In this document: positions 1 through 13,299 of the stretch, in pieces
Numbering within the stretch: the first letter of the stretch is position 1
How the letters are laid out: each line of letters opens with the position of its first letter
From: Eledone cirrhosa
Lineage: Eukaryota
NCBI GenBank assembly: GCA_964016885.1
Contig: OZ024744.1
Span: 36,704,001-36,768,000, forward strand
Direction of reading: 5' to 3'
Length of the DNA: 64,000 nucleotides
Notes under the pieces: model-generated
The model's database searches: none
The model's input: the letters and a program-made list of their open reading frames with translations, nothing else
What the model was told of the DNA's origin: nothing
Program-made: the position numbers and the translations under genes

Positions 1-14
1 AAAGATAAACAGAA

Positions 15-24
<10 letters not shown>

Positions 25-108
<84 letters not shown>

Positions 109-132
109 GATATATGTGTGTGTGTGTGTGTG
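25..132. repeat. (TA)n/(TG)n compound microsatellite
   Basis: Direct reading. Similar tracts at 750-790, 975-1090, 3818-3860, 6243-6302, 43517-43582, 50442-50548, 56099-56288 and 61580-62085. Confidence 0.95.
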
Positions 133-746
133 TCGTTACGTTAAGGAAGGTGATGCGCCGCGCAGTATAATCTACTATATTCACGAGTTCTTGGGTCAAA
201 CCAAGGCTGCAGTAAAAATATTACATTACATTACATTACATTGCGTTCATTAATTCATTTCTTAATTCCGTGTTGTTTATTTACGCCGATTTAATTGATT
301 CTTGTTCTTTTCCCATTCGTCTTTGTTATTAGTTTCTTTTCTATTTATATTTGTATTCACTTGTATATATTATAGTATTGATAAGTTGATTTCGTCTAAG
401 TTGGTCGCCATCTGTCGTTGCAAAGACAAGGAGCAAATATGCTCAACTGGCAATCAACATTAGCTCTCTCAACATCTACTGCAATAGAAATAAATGGCAG
501 TTACCACTACAAAATTTGACAAAGATGTTATTTTATTCGATAAATGTTATTTGCAAATTTCTTCCATTTAGTTTTGTTTTGTTTTTAGTTATTATTTATA
601 TTTTTATTTTTATTTTATTTTCAAGAATGATGTCTTCTTACCACCATATATCATAGCACTATCTTTTCACTATTTGATAAGTTGATGAATACAAGATGAT
701 TCAAATTTAAAGTTTGATGAATGTACATACATATATACATACATAC

Positions 747-791
<45 letters not shown>

Positions 792-974
792 GAAAAGTAT
801 AGAAATTATTGTAGCAAGAAGCCAACAGTATTCCATAATATATATATATATATACTTTCATACATGCATTCATATATGTATGTGTGAGAGATTTTGTCAG
901 TGTGTGAGTGTGTCGTCGCGTGTGTACATGTGTATTTGTATGTATGTATAGGTATTCATACACATATACATAGG

Positions 975-1005
<31 letters not shown>

Positions 1006-1006
1006 T

Positions 1007-1088
<82 letters not shown>

Positions 1089-1282
1089 ATTTATACGTAA
1101 ATATACAAAATATAATATAAAATTAAAGAACGTTAGACGTTCTCTAGCCAACGTCTAGCTCATTCAATGAACCTGCTAAATTGCAGTAATGCAGCTGCAA
1201 TTAGCTGTTCAGAGTGTACACATTTAGTTAAAAGCAGATACGGTGGCTGTGTTTTGGTAGGGAGAAAGGTAAAAATCTCAAC

Positions 1283-1409
1283 TCCTGGACGATATTGTTT
1301 CTGAGCAACATAACTTCAGAAATGCAGATATTACATCCGCAATGTTTAGAAAGCCACCTAATATCAGCAGATATTTATGTAACCGGGCTGTTACGCGTCT
1401 TCAGCAGGA
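1283..1409 (-). ncRNA. Type I hammerhead ribozyme with extended stem II (PLE-associated)
   Basis: Minus strand reads UCCUG-CUGAAGA-c-GCGUAACA...(~90 nt)...UGUUGCUC-a-GAAAC-AAUAUC-GUC^CAGGA. Stem I is UCCUG/CAGGA, the core is canonical and the cleavage triplet is GUC. Confidence 0.7.
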
Positions 1410-1849
1410 CGCCTAAGTCATACGATAGGTCTATGAAGTGTCTGATAGCCATTACTACTGTATAAGGTTTTCACCAGTTCTTGCCATTCTCACACTCTGC
1501 CTCTAATGAAAAAGAGAAGGATTCCTATCGTAGACTACACATAGTTTGGTGGTTGAATTCACACAAAGTAATCCGCGACTAACAAAGAACTCAACCACCT
1601 TCCAACATATACGCATACATACCTAACCCGGTTTATGCATATATACATATATACATATATACAAGCAAATAATAGCTGATTTGTGATACAACTCCAACAT
1701 CAGTACTCAAAATTTAATATTAGGTAACAATAAATATTAGAAAGTATAAACTTATACAGGATATTGCAATCAGCACAGCTGGCAGTATAATATAGTATAA
1801 AAGTAACGAAGATCGCTGGTATCAAGTCAACGTTCTCCGGCCAATACAT

Positions 1850-1884
<35 letters not shown>

Positions 1885-1899
1885 CTGTATATATAATAT

Positions 1900-3815
1900 A
1901 TCCGCTGCACCTCCTCCAGCCACGTCTATGGACTTCGCTGCACGGAGTGCAGCACAACCTAAGTCGGGCAGTCGGCACGTCGCCTGGGGGATCTGTTCAC
2001 GGAGCACCTCCTAGACATTCGTCTCGGTGGGAGTTCCCCCATCGCCCGCCACTTGGTTTCTCCTGGACACTCCGCCAACAACCTTACTGTATGTGGCCTT
2101 GAATGTCATGGGACGCCCGCAACCCGACTTAGGATCGAACAACACACTATCTTCACTCTACAGACGCCCCCCCCCCCGGCCTGAATCCCCACCCCTCTTC
2201 CCTTAGCCTTCGACCGTTCCCCTCCTCCTCCCCTACACACACACCCTACTAACACCACTAAAACACTCCCAAAATTCACTGTCTGGACGTGGAGAGCACT
2301 TCCAACCACCACCACCCCTTGGTTCACCCAGCACCAATAATACTAACAACTCCGACCCCTATCCCCATCACACACGCACCCACACCCTCAGCACGCACAC
2401 ACACACACACACCAGTACATATATACACTCACCCACACTATTCATACACCATACTACCATCACTAAACCCCACCCACACATCCACATCCGACCACCCCGC
2501 TAATAATAATACTAACCATCCCCCAAACCACCTTCCTCCTCACAACGCACACACGAACACACACCAACAAACATACACTCACCCACACCCACGTACATAC
2601 CGATACACAACCCACCCTACACCCGCAATACCACCACTAACCCCCACCCACACACCCATATTTGAGCCCCCCACTAATAATACTAACACCCACCCTACCA
2701 CACACGCACTCACACACAAACACCAGTATATCACACTCACACATACTGTACCCAGCACCTTCCCTCTCTCCCTCCATACTACCAACACCTCCCCACACAC
2801 ATCCCACTAACATCTCCACTAATATACACACAACCCCTCTACACACCCCGCCAACCTCTCCCTCAACGTTTCACACTAACCCACCTCCTCCTCTGTCCAT
2901 CGCACCTCCGCTCACACATACACACATTACACACACACACACATATACAGGCCACATCTGCAAACTACGACTCGCCTGTCTGTCACTTACCCACTTGACT
3001 GCTATCTCCTCTCTCTCTCGTATCCTTCGCCCTGCCTTCACCCCCTGCCTTGACCTTCTTGACCACTTCCTTTTGCGCGCGCCCCGCAATTTTCTAATTC
3101 CTCCTCACCAATTCCATGGATCCTACAGCGCTGGAGACTCTCTCTGGACTCTATCCGATAACGTCCGGTCTTTTCACCATCGGACCACACACTCACCGGG
3201 AAAACATTCAGGAACACACACAAACACACCATTTTTGCACACACGCAACCATACATTCCCACGAACCCACACCACACAAAACACACACACACGTGCGTAT
3301 CCTCACATACACCTACTCTGCCTCCTGACTCCACACGCCCTCTCTCCCCCCATCCCCTCCGACCCCACTACATCAACACGCACACACACACAGATTTACA
3401 CCCCACCCATGTACACACTGGTTTTCCTATTACCCGAGCATCGACCCTCGATCTTCCCCAAACTCTCACACACACATCCATACATACACACATACACATG
3501 TACACCCGCACCACCTTCCCACCCCCTGTTTCTCCCCCACCCCCTCCACGTACCCACCACCACTTCTACCCGCCTCACACCCTTTCACCACTTGTTTTCA
3601 CTTAAATTTTTTTCCTTCTTTTAACCCGCCCCCTTTTTAATGTTTTTCCACCCCCTCACACCCTCGTAACTCTTTTCCTTCCCATCTATCTCCTGATGAA
3701 GGGCTTACGCCCGAAACGTCGTCCCCACCCCGTACTCTCAAGCGTGAACCTAATACCAACACTGTTCGTACTGCACTCCTTGTTTTGGTTTTGTACCTTG
3801 ACAACATAAATATAA
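1900..3815 (+). mobile_element. 5'-truncated Neptune-type Penelope-like element: GIY-YIG remnant, CA-rich 3' UTR and HHR
   Basis: Manual translation of 1900-2185 gives CTSSSHVYGLRCTECSTT*VGQSARRLGDLFTEH...PIARH...GHS...EQHTIFTLQT..PGLN, a GIY-YIG endonuclease with one stop. A ~1.5-kb C/A-rich tail follows, then an HHR at 3693. Bounded by (TA)n on both sides. Confidence 0.8.
3693..3723 (+). ncRNA. Minimal hammerhead ribozyme core
   Basis: CUGAUGA-a-GGGC-UUAC-GCCC-GAAAC-GUC-GUC. Stem I is not evident, so it may be decayed. A homologous copy with the same downstream flank (ctctcaag..cgtgaa) lies at 46400-46430 (-). Confidence 0.65.
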
Positions 3816-3860
<45 letters not shown>

Positions 3861-3864
<4 letters not shown>

Positions 3865-6150
3865 TTAGTTAAGCAAAACAAGACCACAAATTTCACAAGG
3901 AAGACATTATTAAAAGATTGTCAACATATTTTAGTTTGATGTAAGGAATGTAGAGAATAATAATAATAATATTAATAATAATAATGTCCGTTTACAATTG
4001 TTTCGCTACTACATATAATATTTCTGGATCAGATGACTATATATCATAATTGATCTGGTTCAGTTGAAAATAATTAACATGTTTAAAAAAACAGAGTGGC
4101 TCATCGGAACTTCAATGGAATATAAATTAAAATAATGGGATAATGTTACATAATATAATGTTCCATATATTGGTTTATACTATGGTGTCTTGGTTGCATC
4201 AGCTGTCAGCCATAATGAAGCATTATTCATCTGTCGAGTCTGCATTGTGTGAGATCTGCCTATGGGTAACAAGATGACTGCCAAAGGGCATATTTACCTT
4301 ACTAATTAGAGGGTAGTTTCAGGGGAAGTAACTTATAATTATCGAGTTGTTTATAGCAATTTAACTTATTAGCTACAAGTACAAATGGGGCTACATGACT
4401 AAGTTGGGTCAAAAGTTCTATTGGCGAAGGAATTAGCCCTTCGAGTTGACAGCTAATGGTTACCTCCGTTCTATCGTTAATCGGTAGAGGTCGTGATAGA
4501 GTTATGTAATATGCTTCCGTAACACAGAGATCACAAGATTTCCTTCGTCCATTGAACGGTTGGGACCTAGCCACGATATCCCATTTTAGTGAATGTTGAA
4601 CTTTGTTTAATTTAAGGTTTTTAATGAGCCTAGCTAGCGATGTCGAACATCTGTTGCTAGGGTCTCGGAAGGAAAAAGAGTGCGCGTTATAGCGTACTTT
4701 AAAAGGGTTAGAGGTAGACCCGATATAAGAGTTGGTATTCGAAGCAGTCTCAACCGCGCACCTATAGACTATGTTGGGTGTCAGGCAGTGTCCATTTAAT
4801 GGGCATGCATTGGGGTAACGGCAGTTGCAGTTGCTTCTGCGGTTAGTGAGAGTAGGGTTGTTTAACCTAAGCGGTAGGTCCGTGCTAGAAGGATTAGATG
4901 GGGGAGGTGTTCTACTAGAGTAATTATTGGTGTAGTGGCGTGGTGTATTTGATAGGGGTGGTGGTACCGCGGTGTGGGAGTTATACCGTCTTAGTTTATG
5001 ATGGTTACTGAACGCGATGTGGGTAGCTAGGTTAGGTGTTGTGGAGAATGAGATTTTAATGTTATTTTTATTAAAGAGTTTGTAATATCTATGGTTGGGG
5101 GGGGGGTGTTTGGATAGGATAGAGAAGAAGCGTTTGGGGATATTAGTGGCTAGATTAGATGTGAATGGGGGGTTGAGCCAGGTGATATTTCTAGATCTAT
5201 TCCTTCTAGGGGTTCTAGTGGAGTTGGTAGGGGCCTTCCTAGTGTCATTATTACCTGGGGATTTGTTATTTGTCATCCCATTTCTCATTCCTATTCTAGG
5301 GTTGATTTTTAGTTTGCTACTAGGAGTGGGGAGCAGGCCGCTGCCACCATTAAAGTTCCCCGTATAGGTGCTGTTACTGCTAAAATTCCGGCGAATCTGG
5401 CTATATGCTAAGGTATTTCTAGTTCTAGTGTTAAGTTTATTATGGTGAGTTGCTGTGTTATGGCATTTAGGTATGTAATGAATTAATTGTTTATAACCAG
5501 ATTCAGAGAGAGCCTATTATAATATTGTGCGTGGTTTATAAATATCTCTTCATTTGCTGATAGCATTGAGATCCTATAGGAGATAGATTTGATTACTGCT
5601 CTGATGACTGCCGGTGGGTGGTTAGAGTGTGGGCTAATATATGTGAGTATTTCATCTGGTTTATGGTAAGGGTTATAAAGGTTATTGTTGAGATCAAGGG
5701 TGACGTCTAGGAAGTTTACTTCTTTATGGTTCAGCTCGATGGTGATAGAGAGACCGTTATTTTGAAGAATCTATGTAATTGTTTCTTTAGCAAATCGATT
5801 CCCCGATTAGTGCAATTGTGGACCGCAAATAAGGCGTCGTCCCTGTATATTCCGCCTTGCATGGTTTGGATTTCGGCTCTGATGTTACGTAATAGGTAAA
5901 TCCCGACAAAATCGGTGATTTGCGCGGAGTCACTTGAGCCCATCGTAATGTCAAAGTTGTCTGTTCTATCTTTTCTAGTCCAGAGTGGTCCGTTGAATTC
6001 AATGATAGTCTGCCTAGCCATAAGTATGATGTTAATCTCATTACTGGTTATGTCCGAGTTGGTGGTGGCTAGGGCTAATGCTTTGTTGAGCAGTTCTGGG
6101 GTTATTGACGCGTAATTGCTGTCTATGTCAAATTGGATGAACATCATAGA
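3861..6150 (-). mobile_element. Degenerate, 5'-truncated Naiad-type PLE (RT + GIY-YIG + 3' UTR HHR)
   Basis: ORF fragments contain FIQFDI, FDITMGSSDSAQITDFVGIYLL, GIYRDD, WLNPP, CNCR..CPL.GHC, VY...YIGST and CDLC. Frameshifts and stops lie between the fragments. The GxYRDD RT and CNC/CxxC endonuclease motifs match the Naiad group as I recall it. Confidence 0.85.
3990..4110 (-). ncRNA. Hammerhead ribozyme variant (CCGAUGA core, long stem II)
   Basis: Minus strand reads GUU-CCGAUGA-GCcACU...AGUaGC-GAAAC-AAUU-GUA^AAC. Stem III is the palindrome ACAAUUGU. It lies in the 3' UTR of the Naiad element. Confidence 0.6.
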
Positions 6151-6239
6151 TTGCTTGGCTTCTAACTAACTCACCAATCTCTCCTCTCATATCTCCTCTA
6201 CTATCTTCATCTCTCTCTTTAAGATTGGTTACTCTTGAA

Positions 6240-6306
<67 letters not shown>

Positions 6307-6733
6307 ATACATTAACAGAGAAAGCTTTAAACAATACTCCTACCGACTTCCGTCTCACTCAACAAACATTAGGATATGCCTTAGTATAATCCCAATTATA
6401 CGTTTGGGGTGCTAACTCTACGTATTTTGCGGATAGCCAGTTGTATTATTATATATTAGACATAATTAAATACATCTCTCTTTCCAAACGATCGTTTCAT
6501 TATAAGTTTTCTACAAATTGGGAAAATAATGTCCAGATTATGTAGAAGCCTACACATAGTCCATAGGAATATATGTAGGTGGGCACTTATAAATCATCAG
6601 TGGATGCCCGACAATATCGATATAAAAAAACCTTACCGATATTAATATTCAGCGATGGTACCCGTCAGTGTTAGAGTGGCCGCCATATATATAGAATTGA
6701 CAATAAATAAAGCTCTGTTCACAGCATTTATTC

Positions 6734-6778
6734 ACTTACAATTGTTTCATCCAAACCTAGGCTTGTAGTCTTCGGAGC
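6734..6778 (-). ncRNA. Hammerhead ribozyme variant (CCGAAGA core)
   Basis: GCU-CCGAAGA-cuacaagccu/agguuuggau-GAAAC-AAUU-GUA^AGU. It is part of a dispersed repeat (6730-7110) homologous to 8325-8680. Confidence 0.65.
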
Positions 6779-7154
6779 ATTTTTTAATGCTTGTACATAT
6801 AATAGACCTCCTATCCAACGCAACAGACATACAGATACATTATATTGTGGTACAGTGGAGCGACATATATTATAATGTACTATATTTGTATAGTAATTCA
6901 AATTTAAAATCAAATTTAAAATACATGCGGCAGATAACACAGATAATGCAAGAGAATAGTCCAATAATCAGATATAGTAGATAGTGTATGTGTTAGTCAT
7001 ATATAGAGCATGCAAGTGTGTCTCATTTATATAAGAGTATTGTGTGGCAAGGTATTACATGTAATACAAGCACTTTAAGCGGGTAAGCAAGAGTATTATG
7101 GTGGTTGTAGTGGGAGGGTATTTTTTGTATAGATCAAATTAGTATGTGTGCATA

Positions 7155-7669
7155 TAAATATATGTATGTAGACGTACATACATATATGTGTACAGACGCA
7201 CAGTAGTATGTATATATATATATACATACATGCACACATATATATATGTACGTATGGGTTTACCGAAGATTTATTACATACTTTTCTATTTATCGTTTTC
7301 GGTATGCCCGGTCCACTAAATCACTCGATATGCAAATTAGGCTTCTCAGCCGTTAATATGCATAAGGAAAGTATATACTTTTAGACGTTCAACCATCCGA
7401 CAGAATGGTATACGATGCTGACGATAGCTAATAAGCTTGAAACTAGTACATCGTTCCTGTGTCAGTGTTGAATAAAAAGGCGACGATGATTGCCGAGCAC
7501 TGTACGGCGTAATTCGGGCTGCTTGCTTACAAACAAACCGAACATTATAATAAATGTTCGGTAAACCCATACGTACATTTATATATGTGTGTGCATGTAT
7601 GTATATATATATACATACTACTGTGCGTCTGTACACATTTATGTATGTACGTATACATACTTATATTTA
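7155..7669. repeat. Fold-back element: ~120-bp inverted termini enclosing an HHR-bearing core
   Basis: 7155-7278 is the reverse complement of 7547-7669 with few mismatches. The central 270 bp is non-coding and contains an HHR. Confidence 0.85.
7412..7454 (+). ncRNA. Canonical minimal type I hammerhead ribozyme
   Basis: ACGAUG-CUGACGA-u-AGCU-AAUA-AGCU-u-GAAAC-UA-GUA^CAUCGU. Stem I is a perfect 6 bp and stem III is the palindrome ACUAGU. Confidence 0.85.
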
Positions 7670-8325
7670 GGTATCAGCCGTACTAAGAGTGAGAAATCAA
7701 ATTTCTTTTCATTCTTTTCCATTTATATATATATATGTATATATATTATATATATTGGAAAATATGTGAAATATTTGCTGCAGTTAGGTATATTTTAAAA
7801 AAAAGGGAAAATAATGACTTCACTTGTAGTTCTAAACAATTTATGACACAGCCAAATCTCTTATATAGTGAGTCACACATCACAACATAACCTGAGATCA
7901 GTTTGATAAATGCCACTGACGAATGCGAGAAAGTTTTCCAGGAAAGTTAAGCAGGAATATTTAAAAATCTCTCCCACCGAAGTTAACAAAGACTTACTAT
8001 ATCTACAAAATCAAATTGTAAAATCATAATATGATAAAATTACATTGTTTGGAACTACAAGTGAAGTCATTCTTTTCCTTTTTATAAACATATATAAATA
8101 TATATATATATATATATAGTATTAATTATACTATTTATGGTTATGTAAATACAGAAAACTTTTGCAGTTATATATATTTTTATACAAACCCTAAATAGTG
8201 GTAGGCAGTAATATATTACTACCTTATTACCAGTAAGTTAAGTAGCTCAATGTAAAAACATCAGGTGATTTGCAGAACAGTTATATGAAATATAAGAATC
8301 AAAGAACTGTTCAAAACATGTTTAT

Positions 8326-8370
8326 GCTTACAACTGTTCCCTCCAAACCGAGGTTTGGATTCTTCGGAGC
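8326..8370 (-). ncRNA. Decayed hammerhead (CCGAAGA core, GAAA>GGAA), paralog of 6734-6778
   Basis: GCU-CCGAAGA-a-UCCAAACC-UC-GGUUUGGA-g-GGAAC-AGUU-GUA^AGC. Confidence 0.55.
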
Positions 8371-9821
8371 AATTTATTAATGAATGAATGAACACTTATA
8401 TGACCTCCTTTTCACCCAAGAGACATACAGATACATAATCAAATATTGTGGGTCAACATTCATTACAACATTTAGAGTGGCAGTACACACTTAGAGATTA
8501 CATTCATATTAAAAGATACAATCAAAAATACAGGTTAAAATACAACATGAAAATAGGCGGTTATATAGTGCAAATGTTATATGTGTGGCAAGCACGTGCG
8601 TCTTGTTTATATAGTGTGGCAGCGAGTTACGTGTAGTAGAAGCGCTTAAGTAGGTAAACAAGAGTGTTAGGTTGGTTGATCTGGTTGCAAATTCTTTATA
8701 TGATTGTTATAGTCTGTGTGCGGAGAAATAATATAAGCATTAAAAATAGTGCAAGCATTAAAAATATTAAAAATATTGGAAATGCACAGCGAAGGGATGA
8801 TATGGACTTCATGTACTTCGACATTTTCATAGTCTGGGGAGTGTATTTCTCAGATTATATGCCCCTCACATAATCCACGACAATTCGATATTGAGCGTTT
8901 GACAATCCAGTTAGAGAATCGTAGTCTGATGTTCTTTAGTTCAATACAGGAGGATGTTACGTTTCGAGAATCGACATTGAAATACTACCCGGAAGTGTAT
9001 GTGTGGCTAAGGCGAGTTAATGCATGAGGGGAGGTAACTCCGAGGTTTCTATTACTAACTATTGAAATGTGTCTCAAAATGGACCCTAACTTCTATGGTT
9101 ATGCGCAATTTCTAAAAAATTTCTAAAGCTTAAAGCGTGTTAACTATAGAGTAGTCTATTAAGTTGTGCTGAAGGTGTTCGTATTATTATGGTGAACTAA
9201 CCCCCATCGTAGAGTGCCACAAATGAATATTATAGACGACGAGCGAGCATTCTAAATGAATGATCTCTGTGGATGTAGTCTACTCAAAGGACTAGGCGTG
9301 GTGTTTGCAGAATCACTTCAACACACAATGATCTCTGGTAAGTTCTGGATCATCACTTGCTACATTGGATGTCGAAAGATAATGATCACCAGGGCCGACC
9401 AGAGGTCAATCCTCAGTCCTCATGACCCCACTCTGACCATCAAATCATCCATATATGTACAACCCGTACGCCAGTTACAATACATTAATTCCCTGCACTC
9501 AGCGTACCGGTAATACTGCTCAACAGCGTTACTAGATTAATTCGTTTTTCATCTGACCAACGAAGGCACCTCCTCCGCACAACACTAACAAGACAATCAA
9601 TTCATGCTTAAATTACCTATAGAGCGGTGTAGTGCAGTTCAAGTCAGTGGATGTTGTCACACCTAAAGTAGAGGTACAGATGGGTATTCTCCCTGCGAAG
9701 GGTTCTAGAGGGATGTCGCTGTTTGTGTTATATTAGATCAGTTAGTGTTGGGTATGTGGTATAAGGTGTTCCCCTGGTGTTTGATGCTAGAGGTGGTGTT
9801 TGGTTCAAGTCCGACATTGCT

Positions 9822-11600
9822 ATATATTGGGCTTAAAGTTTTGGAAGGAATGTCTGAAGCGGTGCTGGCAAGTTGCAAACACTTCAGAATTTTTGTTAAG
9901 TATGTTACGGTTAGAGAAGATAATATTGTGGGTCTCTAGTATACAGAGGTTACAAAATTTATTAGGTGGTTTGTACGAAGTCACGCTACCTATCACTTCC
10001 CATTTGAGTGTGTAAGGTATATTTTTAGTTTTTAGATAGTGTATGTAGCTAGATAGTGAGGTGGAGTTGTTGGCTAGACTGTGCTTTTTGAACGAGTGGA
10101 TGTGCGAATTATATCTGATTTTGAAGCAGTTAGAAGTGGAGCCTACATAGGTTTATGAAGAGTTGCTAGTTGTGACGGTGCATGAGTATATGATATCCTT
10201 GGTTAGGCATTTTTTATCTCAAGGGCAGGTTCTGTTAGCTCTACAGTTACAATTATCCTGTGTGTTAGTCTGCTGGTTATAATGTAGTGCAGAAGTCTGG
10301 GTGGTAGCTATAGGATTTTGGACATTCGGGTTGTCGACCCCGGTGTTATTTCTTATACTAGTGTTATTTCTATTGTTACTGCCGTTACTATGGTCGCTTG
10401 CTACAGAGGTATTTAGAAGGTTTACATTCTGTTGTGATTTCGTTTGTTGGAAGTAAGAATTAATTTTACTTTTATTGCTGCTAGCTATGTGGCATGCTAA
10501 GTTAGGCGTCGTAGAGTATGAGATTTTAATAGTGTTTTTGTTTAAAAGGTTGTGGTACTTGTGTCCTAGAGGGAAGTTTTTATCTAGTAGTGAGAAGAAA
10601 GCCCTAGGTATGTTGGTGGAGACATTTAGGTTGAAAGGAGGGTTGAAAAATGTATTATTTCTTCTTCTATTTTTGTTTTTAGTGTTTGGTGTGTTGTTTC
10701 TTCCTAAGGCACTACAGTAGTTTCCGTGGTAATGGTTACTTCCGGTGGCACCCTCCGCTTTGGTGTACTTGTGGTTGCTATTCCTAATATTAGGTTTCCT
10801 CATGGACATGTTGTGCGAGATGATGTTGTAGCTATGTGTTTTCTTAGGTAGGAACTCAATTTCTATATTGTGGCCGGATCTAGCTAATGCTTGATTATAA
10901 TATTGTGAGTTTTTGCTAAATATGTTTGCGTCATAGGATAGATTAAAGATTCTATTGGATACGCCCTTAGAGATAGAGTTTAATATTGATCTAGGGTGAT
11001 TAGACTTGGTATCTACGTAAATGAGTTTTTCGTTAGGCTTATGGAAAAGTGTATATATTTTTGAGTCTAGGTATAGTGTGGCGTCTAGGAAGTTAACATT
11101 TTTAGTGTTTTTGTCCATGGTGATACTAAGGTTAAAGTTTTTGAATGTCTTGTGCAATAGTTTTCTAGTTCTTTCTATATTAAATTTTTTATATTCTATA
11201 AGTAGAAGTGCATCATCGCGGTACAAACCACCGTTGAGGTAAGGGAGGTCCTTATGGATTTCATAAAGAAGGTATAGGCCGACCAAATCAGTGACCTGCG
11301 CCGAGTCACTAGATCCCATGGTTATGACGAAGTTGTTGTGCGTATCCTTGCGTGTCCATAGTTGGTCCTCGAAGGTGATTATGGTTTTACGGGCCGCAAG
11401 GATGACATCAATCTGGGCTCTAGTCAGGTCGCTATTGTTCATGGCCATGATTAGTGCCTTATTTAATAGGATAGGGGAATAGAGGTGTAGTATGAATTGA
11501 TATCAAATTGAATACATTTTTTGTCCTTATTATTCTTGATATCCTTGAACCATTCAATAACTTCACCCGTATTTCCCCATTGTTTAAGGTCAGACTTGGA
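9822..11600 (-). pseudogene. Degenerate, 5'-truncated Naiad-type PLE ORF (RT + GIY-YIG)
   Basis: The 409-aa ORF has TMGSSDSAQVTDLVGLYLL, GGLYRDD, FLDATL, SNHP, FNPP and CNCRANRTCP. The frame continues past TGA and TAA into IIYSCTV...YVGST...FKIRYNSH...FCNLC...TCQHR, ending ~9822. Confidence 0.88.
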
Positions 11601-12486
11601 ACCTGCCTCGCCACCGGTTATTGACCACCAAACATTACCTTTAAATTCTAGGCTTGATCATAACTTTTAACTTTATCATGCCTCCCTCTATTAGCACTTA
11701 ACTAAATGCCCCACCAGTGTGAATAACTAGTAATCGTTTGGTATATACGATGGCCGGCGGACGGTGGCGGACTTCCCGCTAACACACCCGACGCTTAAGA
11801 CAGTTACGTTCCTGGAGTGCTCGGAAAAATAAATTTCCATTTCTTTCGCTAGACGATAATGCTCGGAACGGTTGACACGCCGTTGGGCTCTGGGCTGGCC
11901 GGGGGTCCGAAACGTCGCTGGTTATTGACCGCTGAGCATGGGCTGAATCTTTGCTCTATATTCTACCCTGAAACTTTATCGTGACTATCTATAATACACT
12001 TAAACCTTTTCATAAAAGCCTCCTTCTGTAAATTCTTTAACTAAAACTAAATCTCACAACTTCAAACCTAAACCTTATTTTTCTAATTTCAACTTAAATG
12101 GCATCTTCTAAACCTAAATATAAATTTAACGTTTCTAATTGTTAATCGTAATTTCTGTCCATACATTATACCATGCAGACACCCACTATATATTACTATA
12201 TATAGATTTGTTAAAGATATATGTTCTTTGATATTTTTCGCGGCACTTTCTAGCACGCATGACCAGCTTGATTGTGACCTGTCCCCCAACGCTGGCCTGT
12301 CTTTGACGGAGTGGTAGTAGTACACTATAAGCCCACGCCCCTTCACCAGATGGACATAAGTAGGCTTAATAATCACCACTTGAGGGCGGCCGACTAAGGT
12401 AGAAGCTGCTAAATGTTCGGTCGCCCTCATGTCTCTGATTTTCATCCCCATGGATCTTGTCTATTATATTCATTTGTTATATTTCG

Positions 12487-12545
12487 AATACCTGATGATA
12501 TCACCGGATTCATACTCAACCCGGTCATTGAAATGATCATAGTAT
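12487..12545 (+). ncRNA. Type I hammerhead ribozyme
   Basis: AUAC-CUGAUGA-u-AUcACCGG...CCGGUcAU-u-GAAA-UGAUCA-UA^GUAU. Stem III is the palindrome AUGAUCAU. It sits near the 3' end of a non-coding segment (11600-12735) that ends in (TA)n. Confidence 0.75.
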
Positions 12546-12732
12546 AATAAACCTTTCAAGGAATTACACTAGTCCAGCCTACTGTTATTTTATAATAATT
12601 AACTCCGTACTCGCACACCAACTACACAAACGAAGACGGGTGAGTTGCATTACGTTGAGTACTCTCCATAATATTACATCGAGGTTGACCATACGGAATG
12701 ACCAGTTCTATCCAGTGGTGAACCAACAAACC

Positions 12733-12772
<40 letters not shown>

Positions 12773-12787
12773 CGAAACATAAGTCAA

Positions 12788-12926
12788 TTGCATGAACTCA
12801 TAATCCTTTATTTACTGGTATATATATTTCGATGATAGCCATTGAATGGCTATGACCTCATCAGTCAGTTAGTCAGTTCTTAGATATGCCAGCTCTGTTT
12901 GTAGTGTTGATGGTATCAGAGCCTTG

Positions 12927-12982
<56 letters not shown>

Positions 12983-13121
12983 CAAGGCTCTGATACCATC
13001 AACACTACAAACAGAGCTGGCATATCTAAGAACTGACTAACTGACTGATGAGGTCATAGCCATTCAATGGCTATCATCGAAATATATATACCAGTAAATA
13101 AAGGATTATGAGTTCATGCAA
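12788..13121. repeat. Essentially perfect 334-bp palindrome centred on (CA)n(TA)n(TG)n, with one HHR per arm
   Basis: The arms are reverse complements. HHRs lie at 12814-12869 (-) and 13040-13095 (+): ACUGa-CUGAUGA-gGUcAUAGCCA-UUCAA-UGGCUAUcAUC-GAAA-UAUAUA-UA-cCAGU. Confidence 0.95.
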
Positions 13122-13299
13122 ACTGAAAGAAATAGCTATATGCTTAAAACAGGTGGTACGGGAATGAAACAGAAGCCATCCAGAATATCAAAGAATTAAT
13201 TACTGACACCTTTGTTGGTGTGCACTAATTTATAAACATAACAATTTAAGTGGATATTTTATTATATTAGTGAGTTCTTGATTTCTACAATTACTACAA

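Noticed and set aside
2289-3624. 173-aa and 320-aa His/Thr/Pro-rich ORFs
   Set aside because: They are by-products of a C/A-rich, stop-poor PLE 3' UTR and have no domain motifs.
10155-10221. In-frame TGA in a Naiad ORF as possible selenocysteine (some Naiads are reported to encode selenoproteins)
   Set aside because: The TGA aligns with Leu of the CPL motif in the two other Naiads here, not with Cys, and a TAA follows about 22 codons later. This is ordinary decay. No Cys-position TGA was seen in the other copies.
11870-11935. ccGAAACGTCG motif suggesting a hammerhead
   Set aside because: No CUGANGA-like half or stem I partner was found.
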